From a virus: a stretch of 64,000 nucleotides of DNA. The translations under genes and the position numbers were made by a program. The notes under the pieces were generated by a model. That model made no database searches. It saw nothing but the letters and a program-made list of their open reading frames with translations, and was not told the origin of the DNA. The stretch lies in IMG/VR virus record IMGVR_UViG_3300043446_003110. The stretch is one strand, 5' to 3'. Shown one piece after another: positions 1 through 10,440 of this stretch; the stretch's first letter is position 1; each line of letters opens with the position of its first letter.

Positions 1-435
1 GGCCCTAAGATTTATATCATTATTCGTAAATTTATTCTTAAATGATATATCACTTATTGGATATAACTTAGATGATGGTTGAAAGTTTAGCTTAGAGCCG
101 GAAAATTTGTCAGTTTTAGTATTTCTTATGGCACCAATCGATGAAACTCGTTGTTTAACAGCAAGATTAGCTGTGGTTCGTGCGCGAATGTTGCCAATAG
201 CAGATTCTGACATATCTTCGCGTGGAGCAAAATTCATATTCTCATATGCGCGCATGTTAGATGAACCTCGCGCACTAGCAATAGAATTTCTATAAACTCC
301 AGCAAGCAATCTGATTTTAGAGCTAGATGATAATCTTTGCTTAATTCCAAAACTAATTGAAGAAATTTTAGCAGATAGCTTACTATCTGAATTCAATTGT
401 GTTTTAGCATTTACTATGCATACAGAACAATTCAT
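1..435 (-). CDS. Hypothetical virion/tail protein, N-terminal part (runs off window)
   Basis: Manual translation from ATG at 435 (MNCSVCIVNAKTQ...) is open to position 1; follows the tape measure gene; absent from the ORF track because there is no stop. Confidence 0.7.
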   Translation of the reverse strand, partial: MNCSVCIVNAKTQLNSDSKLSAKISSISFGIKQRLSSSSKIRLLAGVYRNSIASARGSSNMRAYENMNFAPREDMSESAIGNIRARTTANLAVKQRVSSIGAIRNTKTDKFSGSKLNFQPSSKLYPISDISFKNKFTNNDINLRA

Positions 436-451
436 ATATAATCCTAAATTA

Positions 452-3400
452 TCATGTTGATAGTATATTACCAGACTTCTTCAATCTTCCATCCTCGACT
501 CTAAAGCTATTTTCTATTAGTCTAAATATTTCATCTTTTACTTGACCCGTTACTGCTCTAATCAATCCACCATCATTTAGATTAACATTAACGGCTGTGC
601 TATCTAGTTTGATGCTTATATTTGTTTTAGATAGTTTATCTATATTTGATCCCAACTCTGAGTTGAAATTGGTCAATGCTGATGCAAATTTTGATAAATT
701 GTCAAAAGTGCCGCCACCCCCAGCCTGTGGTTGTCCACCGTCAGTAAAATACTGCACCCTGCCACCCCTAGCCATAGTAGCCACGCCATTCTGAGAACTT
801 GATGTATTTGCACCACCATTCATGGCTTGTAAAATCTGTAAATTATTTCCACGCTGAACAGCACCTCTATTGACTACAAATTCACCGGGGGTTAACATGG
901 CTGGAACAGTATCAGTGCCACGGGGTACAAAAATACCACGATTTGCATAGATCAAACCGCCTCTTGCTTTTGCTACGGCTGGCATACTTTCTGATTCTTG
1001 AGCTTTTCTAGCTGCTTCATTTCCTCTTGCCATAGTTTCATCAAACTTTACTTGTGCTGCCGTAAGATTAACGACAGATGTATTTACTTGCATTTCTGCC
1101 ATATCTACACCAAGCTGTCCGGTTTCTCCAAGCATACCGCCAAGTTCACGAAGTCTAGATTTACTTGCTTCTTCTTCCGCCGTAGTGCCAGCCATAACTT
1201 GGGCTGCTCTCATATCGGTAACTCCTCTTGCAGATAATGCAGCACCGGCAGCTGCTTCCGCTAAACCGCCAGCCCCACCAAGCTGTTGACCGTATAATGT
1301 TTGAACTCCAGCCTCTTGTTGTCGTTGAATGTCTAATGCTGCTGTACCTAAAGCTTCTGCTCCATATAATCTCATTAATCGTTCATCACCAGTAGCAATA
1401 GCAGCTGTGGCTCCAACGGCAGACTGCTTTTTGAAAAACTCTTCTATATCTCCCTTGACCAAAGATTCCATAGATTCTTTTTCAAGTTTATTTTTTTCTT
1501 GAGTAATTTTAAGTTGTTCTTCTTCTAATTTGATTAAACCTCTAATAGTGTCAACCTGTGTTTTATATGCTTTTTGTAAATCTTTTTGTGCTTCATCGGC
1601 AACTACACCTTCTTTGTTACCCACTCCACCTCTCTGAGTTCTAGTTGATTCAATATTAGCAAATGCACCTCTAATTTCAGCATTTCTAGCTCTAAGCTCT
1701 CCCATATCTCCAGTTCGCATATTGGTCAATCCTAGTCTTTGACCTTCTACATTAGATTTACCCAATATATTAGCACGTTTTTCTTGATAACTTACGGCTG
1801 GACCGCCATACTTGCCTTGAATTTCTCTTCCTTCTAATGCTAAATCTAGTGCCTCTTGTTGAGCTTGTACAAAATTTCTTTCTGATTCAATTCTTTTCTT
1901 TGTAAAGTCTATCAATACCTGTTCAGCTTTTGCTCTTTCTTGAGAAATTTTCTCAATAGGCTCAAGCATCTTCCTTTGCGATTCTGTCAACTTGTCGCCA
2001 AATACGCTGATATCACCCATTAATATCTTATTTATATCTGATTTATCTAATTCTAAATCCATAATTACATCTTTTAGATTTTTTTTGGCATCTTCGCTTA
2101 CCCCTTTTCCCAAACCTTTAGTCAATTCTTCAGCAAATTTTTTCTTCATATCGTCAGCATCCATGCCTTTGAAATCTTTTCCTTTGATAGTATTTTTTAC
2201 AATTTCAAAAGCTTTATTGTAATCTGCTTGAGCTTGAGTGAAAGCTAAAATATTTCCTTCAAATTTTTTGATGTATTCTTCTGATACTCCAAATTCTGCT
2301 AAATTTGCAGATACATTTTTCATTGCACTCTGAATATCTGCTGGATCCATGGCTTGAGCGGCACTGCTCAGAGCTTGTTGTAAATATTCTACGTCGCTAA
2401 TAAATGTAGATCCGCCAACTTCTAAGCCGGAACTAAATCTATCCATATCAGCAGACAAAGCAGAAGAAGTGGCTGATGCAGATCTTAAACCAAGATTCAT
2501 GGCTTCAAAAGCTGCTTTGGATCTACTTACTTCTTTTTCTAAATTAGCTATTTCTTGATCTATTTGTCTGACTTCAGCAGCTAATTGTCTAAATGCCTCA
2601 TGGGCAGCTTCTGCGCCAACAAAATCTTTAGCTTCTCCGAGTCTAGAGGCTTCGTCTGATAATTTTTTCATTCTTGCTATTTTATCATAATCAGTACCAA
2701 TTCCAAGTGCTTGATTTTTTATATCTTGTTTTGATTTACCAGCTGCAAATCCAGATCTAATAGTTGCAACTCTAGCTCCAGTTTCCATTTGAAATTGTTG
2801 AGATCTCATCTTTGCGGCTTGATTAATTTGTTCTGCACTTTGCTTTCCTAATTCAGTATTCCTTTTTTCTACGCTGTCTACAAATCCAAGTGTTAAATTA
2901 GAACTAACATCTCTACCATAACCGAGTACACCGCCAGTATTCCTGTTTTCTAAATTTTGTTGAGCAAATTTGAAAGCTCTTTGTTCTTGGATTGTAGCTT
3001 CTTGTCCAGATGATCTTATGCGATTTAGTGCTTCTACAGCTGTAATAGTACCATCTTCAAAATCTTTCATCGCTTGAGTAGCAGAAAGTTGTGCTTGCTC
3101 TAATGATTTTTGTGTTTTAACTGCTCCCGCTTGACTTGCAGCTAATGATTCTATGCTAGATAATGTATTTCCTCCAAATCCTCTCATTATGTTTACAGCC
3201 GCACTTTTGATCATGGGTCCAACTACTGGCAATTCACTTCCAAGCTTAATTACACCAGCTGTAAGACCAGCTATGGCAACTCCGGGAGGTCCAAATAATG
3301 AACTAAGACCTATCAAGCCAGTTGAAAAAGCATTTACAGCATCTGCTCCAGCAGATTCTACTGAATTTTTTCTAGCTTCTGATACACTGCCTTCAGAGAT

Positions 3401-6400
3401 AGCTTTATTTAATTTACCTTGATAATCTAGATAAGAATCTATCATGCCACTTATAGCTTTAAAGCCTATACTGACAGCAAGCGATGGACCTAAAGAAGCT
3501 TTTAGATTTGTTCCAAGTTTTGTAATAGATTGACCTACGGAACTAATGCCAGAGGTAAGAGAATTTAAACCGGGTATCGATCCTATACCTTGGCCTATTT
3601 TACCAGAAATACCCAATGCCCCAGCTGTATTTCTAGTAATCTGTGTCGCTCCAATACCTTGATTCATACCTACGCCTATGCCAGCCTTTAAACTACTAAC
3701 CGATCTACCAATAGGACCATTTTTTATAGATCCGATTGCTTGTCCAGCCCTTGCTCCAATTGTAGTTGCTCCGACAGATAAATTTTGCATAAATGGTGAA
3801 GCATTTTTAGCGAAATAAGCCTGTGCCCCCGGCATACCTTTCATCCCCTGAGAAAATCCACTCATAGCACTTTTGCCAACTCTTTCAAAAGTTTTAGACA
3901 ACTTATCTAAGCCGGGAATTTGAATTTTTGTACCTAATATTGATCCAATTTTAGAGCCAATTCCACCACCCAAAGGCATTGGTCCAGCTTGACCAGCAAT
4001 ACCCATTTTCAAGCCTTTAAAAACATTAGATAAAATATTTCCTAGACCGCCAGCGCCACTTCCAAATAATTGTAAAATTTGATTAGCACTTAAAGCAATT
4101 CCAAAAGCCTCTAAGGCAAAGCCAACAGAAGTTATAGTAGTAATTAGTCCTAAAAAGCTATGTGTAGCTTTAAGAGTAGCAGATGAATTTTCATCAACAG
4201 CTGGCAAAAATCCTTGAATAAGACTAGTAGCCATAGAAGCGGCAAACATTTTATTGCTATTTACTACATCTCCCATAGATCTAGAAGCATTTTTAGCAGA
4301 TTTGTCTAGGCTATCTATTCCAGCTGTAGAAGAAGAAGCAGCAGTAGCAGCACCTCCAGCAGCAAAATGTTGAACAACTCCACCCTTGGCATATTTACCA
4401 ACCTTATTCATACGGTTGAGATTACCGTAGCCGATTCTTTGGGCAGATGAACGATTAACAACGAATTCGCCGGGAGTTAATAGGGCCGGAACAGTATCTG
4501 TTCCAACTCCACCGCCTGTAGCAAACCGTTGGATAAGACCACCAAGATTTCTCAAAGTAAATAGTTGACGGTTGCCAGACTTACGAGATAGATTAGCAAC
4601 TCCTTGTAGATCTGCTGTAGTCGCCTTGGAATTACCAGTAATTCTTCGGTATTCAGTCAAATCAAACTCTCTGCCTTTTAACTTATCTAATCTGCCTTGA
4701 GAAATTTGACTTTGAAGTGTGGTATATTGTGGAGATTTTTTGACTATTGCAGCAAAGAAATTCGGTATTTTTTTATATAACATCTCGCTAATTTTTTTAG
4801 AATCAGATGTTTTCTTTGCATCTACTGGCATATTATCTAAAGTTTTAAATGGGGCACTGAATCTTCCAAGACCTCTAGGAAAGTCAATAGCGGCGGTAGA
4901 TTTACCAGCAGAAAATGGGGCACCTAATAATCCTAATGCTCCCTCAAATACACTGCCAATAGTTGAATCTGTTCCAACTTTGGCAAGAACTTTATTAGGA
5001 TTAATTGGTCTTTTTCTCATCGAAATTCCGGTATCATTGCTCAATGCCGCAGCTGAACTTGTTATTAATCCATACATTTGATTTTTAATATTATTGTATA
5101 TAGCATTTTTGATGCCGGGATCACTTAGGGCAATAGTATCTGATTTTGCTGTAACAGATAAATCAGATCCTTTTAAGCCTAATACTCCTCTAATTGTATT
5201 TTCAACATTTTTATTGTTAGATTTATCTAAATTAATTCCTAATTTTTCTCTTATAGATGAAATAGGAAGTTTGTCAGATTTTGATAGTATATCTCCATCA
5301 AGTGCTGCTATTCCGAACGTTCTGGCCTTTCCGCCAAAAGCATAACGATTCTCATTCATCGCTGCCAACGTACCAGCACCCATTTTATTCACGCTACTCT
5401 TGCGTATAACAAACTCGCCGGGACTTAGCATTGCTGGAACAGTGTCCCTATTTCCAGTACCGGGTACTAATCCGCCACTAGCAAATCCGAGTACTTTTCC
5501 ACCTTTGTTGTACTGTCTACCAGAAGTGGCACCACTCATCATTCCGCCAAAAAAACCAGCCATACCTTTTGCCAACCTTATAGCTGATAGAGCAGCAAGC
5601 ATTGGCAACAATGGCTTGATAGCATCTCCAATTTTTATTAATGCTGATGCTAATGATAATGCAGTATTAGCCATTATTTGGAAAGTAGAAGTTTCTGTGA
5701 CACTACGAATTAACGCAAGGAATTCTTCTTTAACTTTCATCACTCTAATAGCAAGTGCCGCTTGTGCTGATGCAGCATCTTGTGTCAAAGAGTCTCCAGC
5801 TTTCATAGCCACATTTAGTGCAGATTGAGCGGTAGAAAATTGTTGTAATAGTGGAAGAACCTTACCAATTTGTCGGAATCCGCCAAGTTCTTCAGCGATT
5901 CTGATAAAAGTAATATCTCCTTCACCTAGTCCAGACAATGCTTCACTGAGTCTTTTGACAGCTTCGTAAGGGCCAACGAACTTACCATCTAAATCTACTA
6001 ACTCTACACCGAATTGTTTTAAGAACTCAATTGTTTTGGGACGCTGAATACGTGTAAAAATAGTACGTAAGCCAGTACCAATACTCTCCGCACTTTCTCG
6101 CGTTGTTGCTCTAACACTAGTAAATAATGCAAGCAATTCGTTTAGACTACCGCCAGATGCTTTAAACACACCGCCCGTTCTACGAATAACATCAATCAAA
6201 TCACTGGCTTCTACAGCAAATGCGCCAGCAACAGCATTGATAGAACCAAGCTGCTTTTCTAAAGAACCAACACCTTCTTGAAACTGAGCAAGAATAGCAA
6301 TAGCACCCTCTGCCGTTTCAGAAATACTATCAAAGTTGGGAGCCAATGCGGCTTTTGCTAATGTTTTTAATGCTACGGCAGTATCTTCTGCACTTAAACC

Positions 6401-6856
6401 AGCCTGTGCTAATACTGTAGATACTTCTAACAAATCAGATGAAGCAACACCAAATCCAGTAGAAAGATTAGTAATTTGTTTCGTTAATCCACGGAGTTGA
6501 CCAATACTTTTACCAGTTACTTGAGCAACTTTAATTAACTGTCTTTCAAAATCAATAGCATCTTGAACAGCACTTCCAAGAGTACTAGTAAATAAACTAA
6601 CAGCCCTAGTAGCAATAGAAAAAGCAGCAAACCGCCTAACAGAAAGGGCGAATGCTTTACCCATTCTTTCGGCGGCTGTAGTTGCTTGATTAGTTGCTTG
6701 AGTTACTTGCTGTATTTGACGTTGAGCCTGTGCAGAGTTTTGCACTTGTACATTTATATTAACCCCATTTAATTGGGATTGAATTTGTTGTACAATTTGA
6801 CGAACGTTATTTGGGGCTTGTAACTGTAATTGTGCGGTCAGTACGAATCTTGACAT
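452..6856 (-). CDS. Tail tape measure protein
   Basis: 2134 aa, Ala/Gly/Gln-rich helical; TMP-like N-terminal region (AIDFERQLIKVAQVTG...LAQAG); three GG..DTVPAxLxPGEFV modules; downstream of tail tube. Confidence 0.9.
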   Translation of the reverse strand: MSRFVLTAQLQLQAPNNVRQIVQQIQSQLNGVNINVQVQNSAQAQRQIQQVTQATNQATTAAERMGKAFALSVRRFAAFSIATRAVSLFTSTLGSAVQDAIDFERQLIKVAQVTGKSIGQLRGLTKQITNLSTGFGVASSDLLEVSTVLAQAGLSAEDTAVALKTLAKAALAPNFDSISETAEGAIAILAQFQEGVGSLEKQLGSINAVAGAFAVEASDLIDVIRRTGGVFKASGGSLNELLALFTSVRATTRESAESIGTGLRTIFTRIQRPKTIEFLKQFGVELVDLDGKFVGPYEAVKRLSEALSGLGEGDITFIRIAEELGGFRQIGKVLPLLQQFSTAQSALNVAMKAGDSLTQDAASAQAALAIRVMKVKEEFLALIRSVTETSTFQIMANTALSLASALIKIGDAIKPLLPMLAALSAIRLAKGMAGFFGGMMSGATSGRQYNKGGKVLGFASGGLVPGTGNRDTVPAMLSPGEFVIRKSSVNKMGAGTLAAMNENRYAFGGKARTFGIAALDGDILSKSDKLPISSIREKLGINLDKSNNKNVENTIRGVLGLKGSDLSVTAKSDTIALSDPGIKNAIYNNIKNQMYGLITSSAAALSNDTGISMRKRPINPNKVLAKVGTDSTIGSVFEGALGLLGAPFSAGKSTAAIDFPRGLGRFSAPFKTLDNMPVDAKKTSDSKKISEMLYKKIPNFFAAIVKKSPQYTTLQSQISQGRLDKLKGREFDLTEYRRITGNSKATTADLQGVANLSRKSGNRQLFTLRNLGGLIQRFATGGGVGTDTVPALLTPGEFVVNRSSAQRIGYGNLNRMNKVGKYAKGGVVQHFAAGGAATAASSSTAGIDSLDKSAKNASRSMGDVVNSNKMFAASMATSLIQGFLPAVDENSSATLKATHSFLGLITTITSVGFALEAFGIALSANQILQLFGSGAGGLGNILSNVFKGLKMGIAGQAGPMPLGGGIGSKIGSILGTKIQIPGLDKLSKTFERVGKSAMSGFSQGMKGMPGAQAYFAKNASPFMQNLSVGATTIGARAGQAIGSIKNGPIGRSVSSLKAGIGVGMNQGIGATQITRNTAGALGISGKIGQGIGSIPGLNSLTSGISSVGQSITKLGTNLKASLGPSLAVSIGFKAISGMIDSYLDYQGKLNKAISEGSVSEARKNSVESAGADAVNAFSTGLIGLSSLFGPPGVAIAGLTAGVIKLGSELPVVGPMIKSAAVNIMRGFGGNTLSSIESLAASQAGAVKTQKSLEQAQLSATQAMKDFEDGTITAVEALNRIRSSGQEATIQEQRAFKFAQQNLENRNTGGVLGYGRDVSSNLTLGFVDSVEKRNTELGKQSAEQINQAAKMRSQQFQMETGARVATIRSGFAAGKSKQDIKNQALGIGTDYDKIARMKKLSDEASRLGEAKDFVGAEAAHEAFRQLAAEVRQIDQEIANLEKEVSRSKAAFEAMNLGLRSASATSSALSADMDRFSSGLEVGGSTFISDVEYLQQALSSAAQAMDPADIQSAMKNVSANLAEFGVSEEYIKKFEGNILAFTQAQADYNKAFEIVKNTIKGKDFKGMDADDMKKKFAEELTKGLGKGVSEDAKKNLKDVIMDLELDKSDINKILMGDISVFGDKLTESQRKMLEPIEKISQERAKAEQVLIDFTKKRIESERNFVQAQQEALDLALEGREIQGKYGGPAVSYQEKRANILGKSNVEGQRLGLTNMRTGDMGELRARNAEIRGAFANIESTRTQRGGVGNKEGVVADEAQKDLQKAYKTQVDTIRGLIKLEEEQLKITQEKNKLEKESMESLVKGDIEEFFKKQSAVGATAAIATGDERLMRLYGAEALGTAALDIQRQQEAGVQTLYGQQLGGAGGLAEAAAGAALSARGVTDMRAAQVMAGTTAEEEASKSRLRELGGMLGETGQLGVDMAEMQVNTSVVNLTAAQVKFDETMARGNEAARKAQESESMPAVAKARGGLIYANRGIFVPRGTDTVPAMLTPGEFVVNRGAVQRGNNLQILQAMNGGANTSSSQNGVATMARGGRVQYFTDGGQPQAGGGGTFDNLSKFASALTNFNSELGSNIDKLSKTNISIKLDSTAVNVNLNDGGLIRAVTGQVKDEIFRLIENSFRVEDGRLKKSGNILST

Positions 6857-6888
6857 AATTCTCCTTTACTGATGCCACACAACGCTGT

Positions 6889-7782
6889 CTATTCACTATC
6901 TGTTGATGTTGACTTCTTTTTCTTTAGGGGTTTTTCATCTAACGCTACGTCTTCGCTCTTTGGCTTTATTTCTTTATCATTATCATCTAGATAAGTTACT
7001 TCTGGTATATAGTTGCCATTTTCGTCAAGAATATTCCCATCTTTGTCTATTCTTTGACCTTGATCATTTAACCAATATCCACTCTTGTCTATTCTTCTGC
7101 CTTCAGTGTCTACTGTTTCGCCCTTATCATTCACTAGGCTAAGATCGTCATTAACGAAATTAAACATTTTAAGGAATTTATTTTCTGGTAGTTTAGATTC
7201 AAAGTCTTTATCTACAGAATACATCATCCCCGCTAGGGTAGACGCGGCAGTAAATGCTATTTCATCGTCAGATCTCTCTTTATAGTCATCCATGCTATTA
7301 TACACTTTCTGACCATTTTCATAAAAGACACAATTGGCTACTAGATAGTCAAATCGAACATTATCAGATATGGCTTCTGCCGTATTCTGTTCTAAGCTCA
7401 TTTTTTCAGCAATTAAATCTCTAAGTTCATTTCGTTTGATTCTCATATCAATAGCAATTTTTTTACCTTCTGAAGCCTTGAGCTTTTTGCCGCTAGAACC
7501 ACTAACGTATAGTCTTTTTTCTAGGTCGGCAATTTCCTGCACTACTTTCTTTTGTTCTTCATCTTTGCCCTCATCCCAAATACCCTGCTGCTTCATAAAC
7601 TTCTCAAGCTCTTTTTTAGTCATAATTCCATCACGAACACAATCGGTCCAAGCTTTTGCTCCAACGCGCTGCGCCTGAGAAATTAATGAGCTACTTGGTC
7701 GCCTTACGAGAATCTTAACAATTTCTTCTTTGCCATTTTGTGTTTTCTTGATTTCTACAATTTTTTCCTTTTCCTGAGACAT
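6889..7782 (-). CDS. Putative tail assembly chaperone-like protein
   Basis: Charged protein directly upstream of TMP with C-terminal DxxG repeats; ATG 7782 preceded by GGAGG; function from position only. Confidence 0.45.
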   Translation of the reverse strand: MSQEKEKIVEIKKTQNGKEEIVKILVRRPSSSLISQAQRVGAKAWTDCVRDGIMTKKELEKFMKQQGIWDEGKDEEQKKVVQEIADLEKRLYVSGSSGKKLKASEGKKIAIDMRIKRNELRDLIAEKMSLEQNTAEAISDNVRFDYLVANCVFYENGQKVYNSMDDYKERSDDEIAFTAASTLAGMMYSVDKDFESKLPENKFLKMFNFVNDDLSLVNDKGETVDTEGRRIDKSGYWLNDQGQRIDKDGNILDENGNYIPEVTYLDDNDKEIKPKSEDVALDEKPLKKKKSTSTDSE

Positions 7783-7794
7783 AACTTCCTCCAA

Positions 7795-8127
7795 TTATTT
7801 GTTAGGGTTTATTACTGGCATTTTGATTTGATATCTTAACCACTCTACTTCATATTGAGCTAGTTCGGCGTCAATATTTCTAGCTTGGTTATTTCCACGG
7901 TCTAAAATTTCTGAACGTATTTTGTTATATAAGTCTTTCATAACTTCTTGATCTTTGGTCAATGGGCCACCAGATTCATTGGTCCATAAAAAACTAAAAT
8001 TTTCTTCTATTGTACTTAACGCACCTATCATAGTAGTTTGAATTTTTTTCTTCAATATCTTAGATAGTCTTTCTTTTGACTCTGCCTTATACTTAGAATC
8101 TCTAATTTTTTTATAGTCAGGTTCCAT
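7795..8127 (-). CDS. Hypothetical protein (tail module)
   Basis: 110 aa ORF tightly packed in the operon. Confidence 0.7.
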   Translation of the reverse strand: MEPDYKKIRDSKYKAESKERLSKILKKKIQTTMIGALSTIEENFSFLWTNESGGPLTKDQEVMKDLYNKIRSEILDRGNNQARNIDAELAQYEVEWLRYQIKMPVINPNK

Positions 8128-8128
8128 A

Positions 8129-9175
8129 TTATCCTCCTATTTTTCCTCTCATTTGATTAGTAGCCATCATTTGAATTTTTTGACGCTGATCTGGTAAATG
8201 TTGTTCTTCTACGAGGCCGTTTTGTTCAATAACTTTTTCTCTTTGTCTTTTAATGGATCGAGAAAATGGATCATTCATATTATTGATTTTATTAATTTTA
8301 TCATTTTCACCATTTGATATGATATAGACTTCAGATGCATTTTTGATTTTTTCGCTTACTGTGTCTTGCTCAAAATCTTTTTCTGATCTTTCTCTTTCTC
8401 TCTTTTTGTTCTGCACAATGAACCATCCGTCGAGCATATCATCATCTTCTATTACTTCTTTACTGGGGCAGTCTATAGACTCTTGTATATTATCATACAT
8501 TTGTGACCAAATTAATAAGTTTTTTTGATTATATGTTAGTTCTGTATTTGGAGGGTTGCAAAATAGTGGAACTTTTGAACTTTCTCTAACAATCCACAAT
8601 GATTTCCAAGGATCATTTCGTGCTAGATCTCTATATTGTTTTTCTGACAAAAAATGTGACTGCCACTCATCTACAACATACTGTAGGGATACATCCTCAA
8701 AATCATATAGTTTATTATTTTTGTATGTAGTATTCTTGATAATCCAGATCAATCTTTCTGTGGATGCTATACCTTCACAAGTATTTTGATGATACATATA
8801 TTTTTTATTTAGATGAGAAGAAAGCTGAGATTCCCCCGCGCGTAAATATTTTCTTATATTATTGACCATTGAGGTATTTTTTCTAGCATTATATATTTCT
8901 TCTTTTAATTTTTCAATATCTTTCTTAAGACCTTCTTCCTTTTTATCGTCATGTATTGTCCAAAGTTCATTTTCTATCATCCATTGATTAACATCATCTT
9001 CTGTCATCATTTCTTCCGATAAAGCCTTTTCATATGATTCTTGATAAACTTTGCAAGATTTAAAAGATTGGTCAAGTGTAAGTGGGCATATTTCTAATTC
9101 TAAGTCCTTATATGTTATGAAAACTTTTCCAGATCTTATCATAGAAACAAAAAACTCCCGCTCATGATGCTTCAT
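8129..9175 (-). CDS. Hypothetical protein, possible tail assembly chaperone
   Basis: 348 aa between tail tube and TMP. Confidence 0.55.
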   Translation of the reverse strand: MKHHEREFFVSMIRSGKVFITYKDLELEICPLTLDQSFKSCKVYQESYEKALSEEMMTEDDVNQWMIENELWTIHDDKKEEGLKKDIEKLKEEIYNARKNTSMVNNIRKYLRAGESQLSSHLNKKYMYHQNTCEGIASTERLIWIIKNTTYKNNKLYDFEDVSLQYVVDEWQSHFLSEKQYRDLARNDPWKSLWIVRESSKVPLFCNPPNTELTYNQKNLLIWSQMYDNIQESIDCPSKEVIEDDDMLDGWFIVQNKKRERERSEKDFEQDTVSEKIKNASEVYIISNGENDKINKINNMNDPFSRSIKRQREKVIEQNGLVEEQHLPDQRQKIQMMATNQMRGKIGG

Positions 9176-9198
9176 ATAGCTTTCTCACAAGCGGGAGT
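9154..9198 (-). terminator. Hairpin (terminator/attenuator) overlapping the start of the 8129..9175 gene
   Basis: mRNA ACTCCCGCTTGTGA...TCATGAGCGGGAGT 14-bp stem (2 GU) followed by a U-run; the ATG lies in the loop. Confidence 0.55.
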
Positions 9199-9239
9199 CT
9201 CATTTTGTATCCTTAAGATTCCTAAAATTATTTATTTAA

Positions 9240-10391
9240 TTATGGCGCATTGTATGTAGGGGAACCAGATAGTCTTGCGCCAGTTGCGGGATCTTCTGGA
9301 TGATATACTGAAAGATTATTGAATGTACTATAACTGTATGTTATAGTGGCATTGCCACCGCCAGCATCACCACCAGTATAATTTACTGAAGATAATCTAT
9401 TTTTTGTACCTAAGTCAATAGTTGTTCCATCGTGTAAAACAATTTTGATAAATTCTTCTGCTGTATTGTTACCGTAATTTATATTGCCTACTGCATATGG
9501 TCCTGCTTCGGTAGCATTAATCATATCACCACTAACAGCTATTACTTCAAATTCGCATGTAACTTCTACTGGGAAGTTGGCATATCTTGTATAAGGAGCT
9601 TTACGGCCTAGTTCTTGCACACTTTCTCTATTTAAATCACAACTAATATTTATATTTTGAATATGTACTTTTGGAATCTTTTTGCTTGAGTCATAGCCAT
9701 TTCCAACCCCAGAAGCACCGGCGATTGAAGCTGGTAAGGCTGATAAACTCATAGAAACATTTTCTCTACGCTGTATGCCGCCTTTTGCTGGACTTCCTTG
9801 TAAATTTTTTGGAGTATCTGTATAGACATTTGAAGCAACAGTACCTAATGTTTTTGCTACAGCACCTGTAAATAGATTACCTGCTACATTCCAAGCCTTG
9901 TGATTACCAACTAAAGTTAAAGATTCTGTGCAGTTACCATCTACTGGAATAGTATATCCAATACTACTTATATACATTCCACTCATATAAACTGACTGTG
10001 CGGGGTCATTAGTATTTCCGATATGTTCAACAGTATCTGGAAAAATACCTAAAATTACATCGCATCTTTGTTTTGCTCTTGCAACTAATGCTGTTTTTGC
10101 TGATGGTGTAGTAAGGGCACTATCTGATTGCACGGTACTACTAGCAAGATGTAACATTAAAGGATAACCATCAAGGACTTTTTCTAAAGTCACTTCAACG
10201 TCTGGAACACCTTCAATATTTTCATAAATATGAATTTGACCTAATTCAAAGACTTGTTCTAGATTAAATGTCGTATTAATTCCAACGCTTTGTACGCCAT
10301 GAACGACTGTTGCCGCAGCGGTACTACCCATTGGCTTTATGGCAACGGCTTGACAAGCGTAGAAGATTCTATTGTTGTTAGCGACAGGCAT
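9240..10391 (-). CDS. Major tail (tube) protein
   Basis: 383 aa beta-rich; VQSVGINTTFNLEQVFELGQ and QELGRKAPY...VEVTCEFEV pattern; between neck genes and TMP; own late promoter. Confidence 0.7.
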   Translation of the reverse strand: MPVANNNRIFYACQAVAIKPMGSTAAATVVHGVQSVGINTTFNLEQVFELGQIHIYENIEGVPDVEVTLEKVLDGYPLMLHLASSTVQSDSALTTPSAKTALVARAKQRCDVILGIFPDTVEHIGNTNDPAQSVYMSGMYISSIGYTIPVDGNCTESLTLVGNHKAWNVAGNLFTGAVAKTLGTVASNVYTDTPKNLQGSPAKGGIQRRENVSMSLSALPASIAGASGVGNGYDSSKKIPKVHIQNINISCDLNRESVQELGRKAPYTRYANFPVEVTCEFEVIAVSGDMINATEAGPYAVGNINYGNNTAEEFIKIVLHDGTTIDLGTKNRLSSVNYTGGDAGGGNATITYSYSTFNNLSVYHPEDPATGARLSGSPTYNAP

Positions 10392-10440
10392 AATTCTCTC
10401 CTATTTTAAGATGGTAAGCTCTAGTTACTTATACACTAAA

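Noticed and set aside
6889-9175. Programmed frameshift in tail chaperone genes
   Set aside because: ORFs have their own starts and I found no clear slippery site at the junctions
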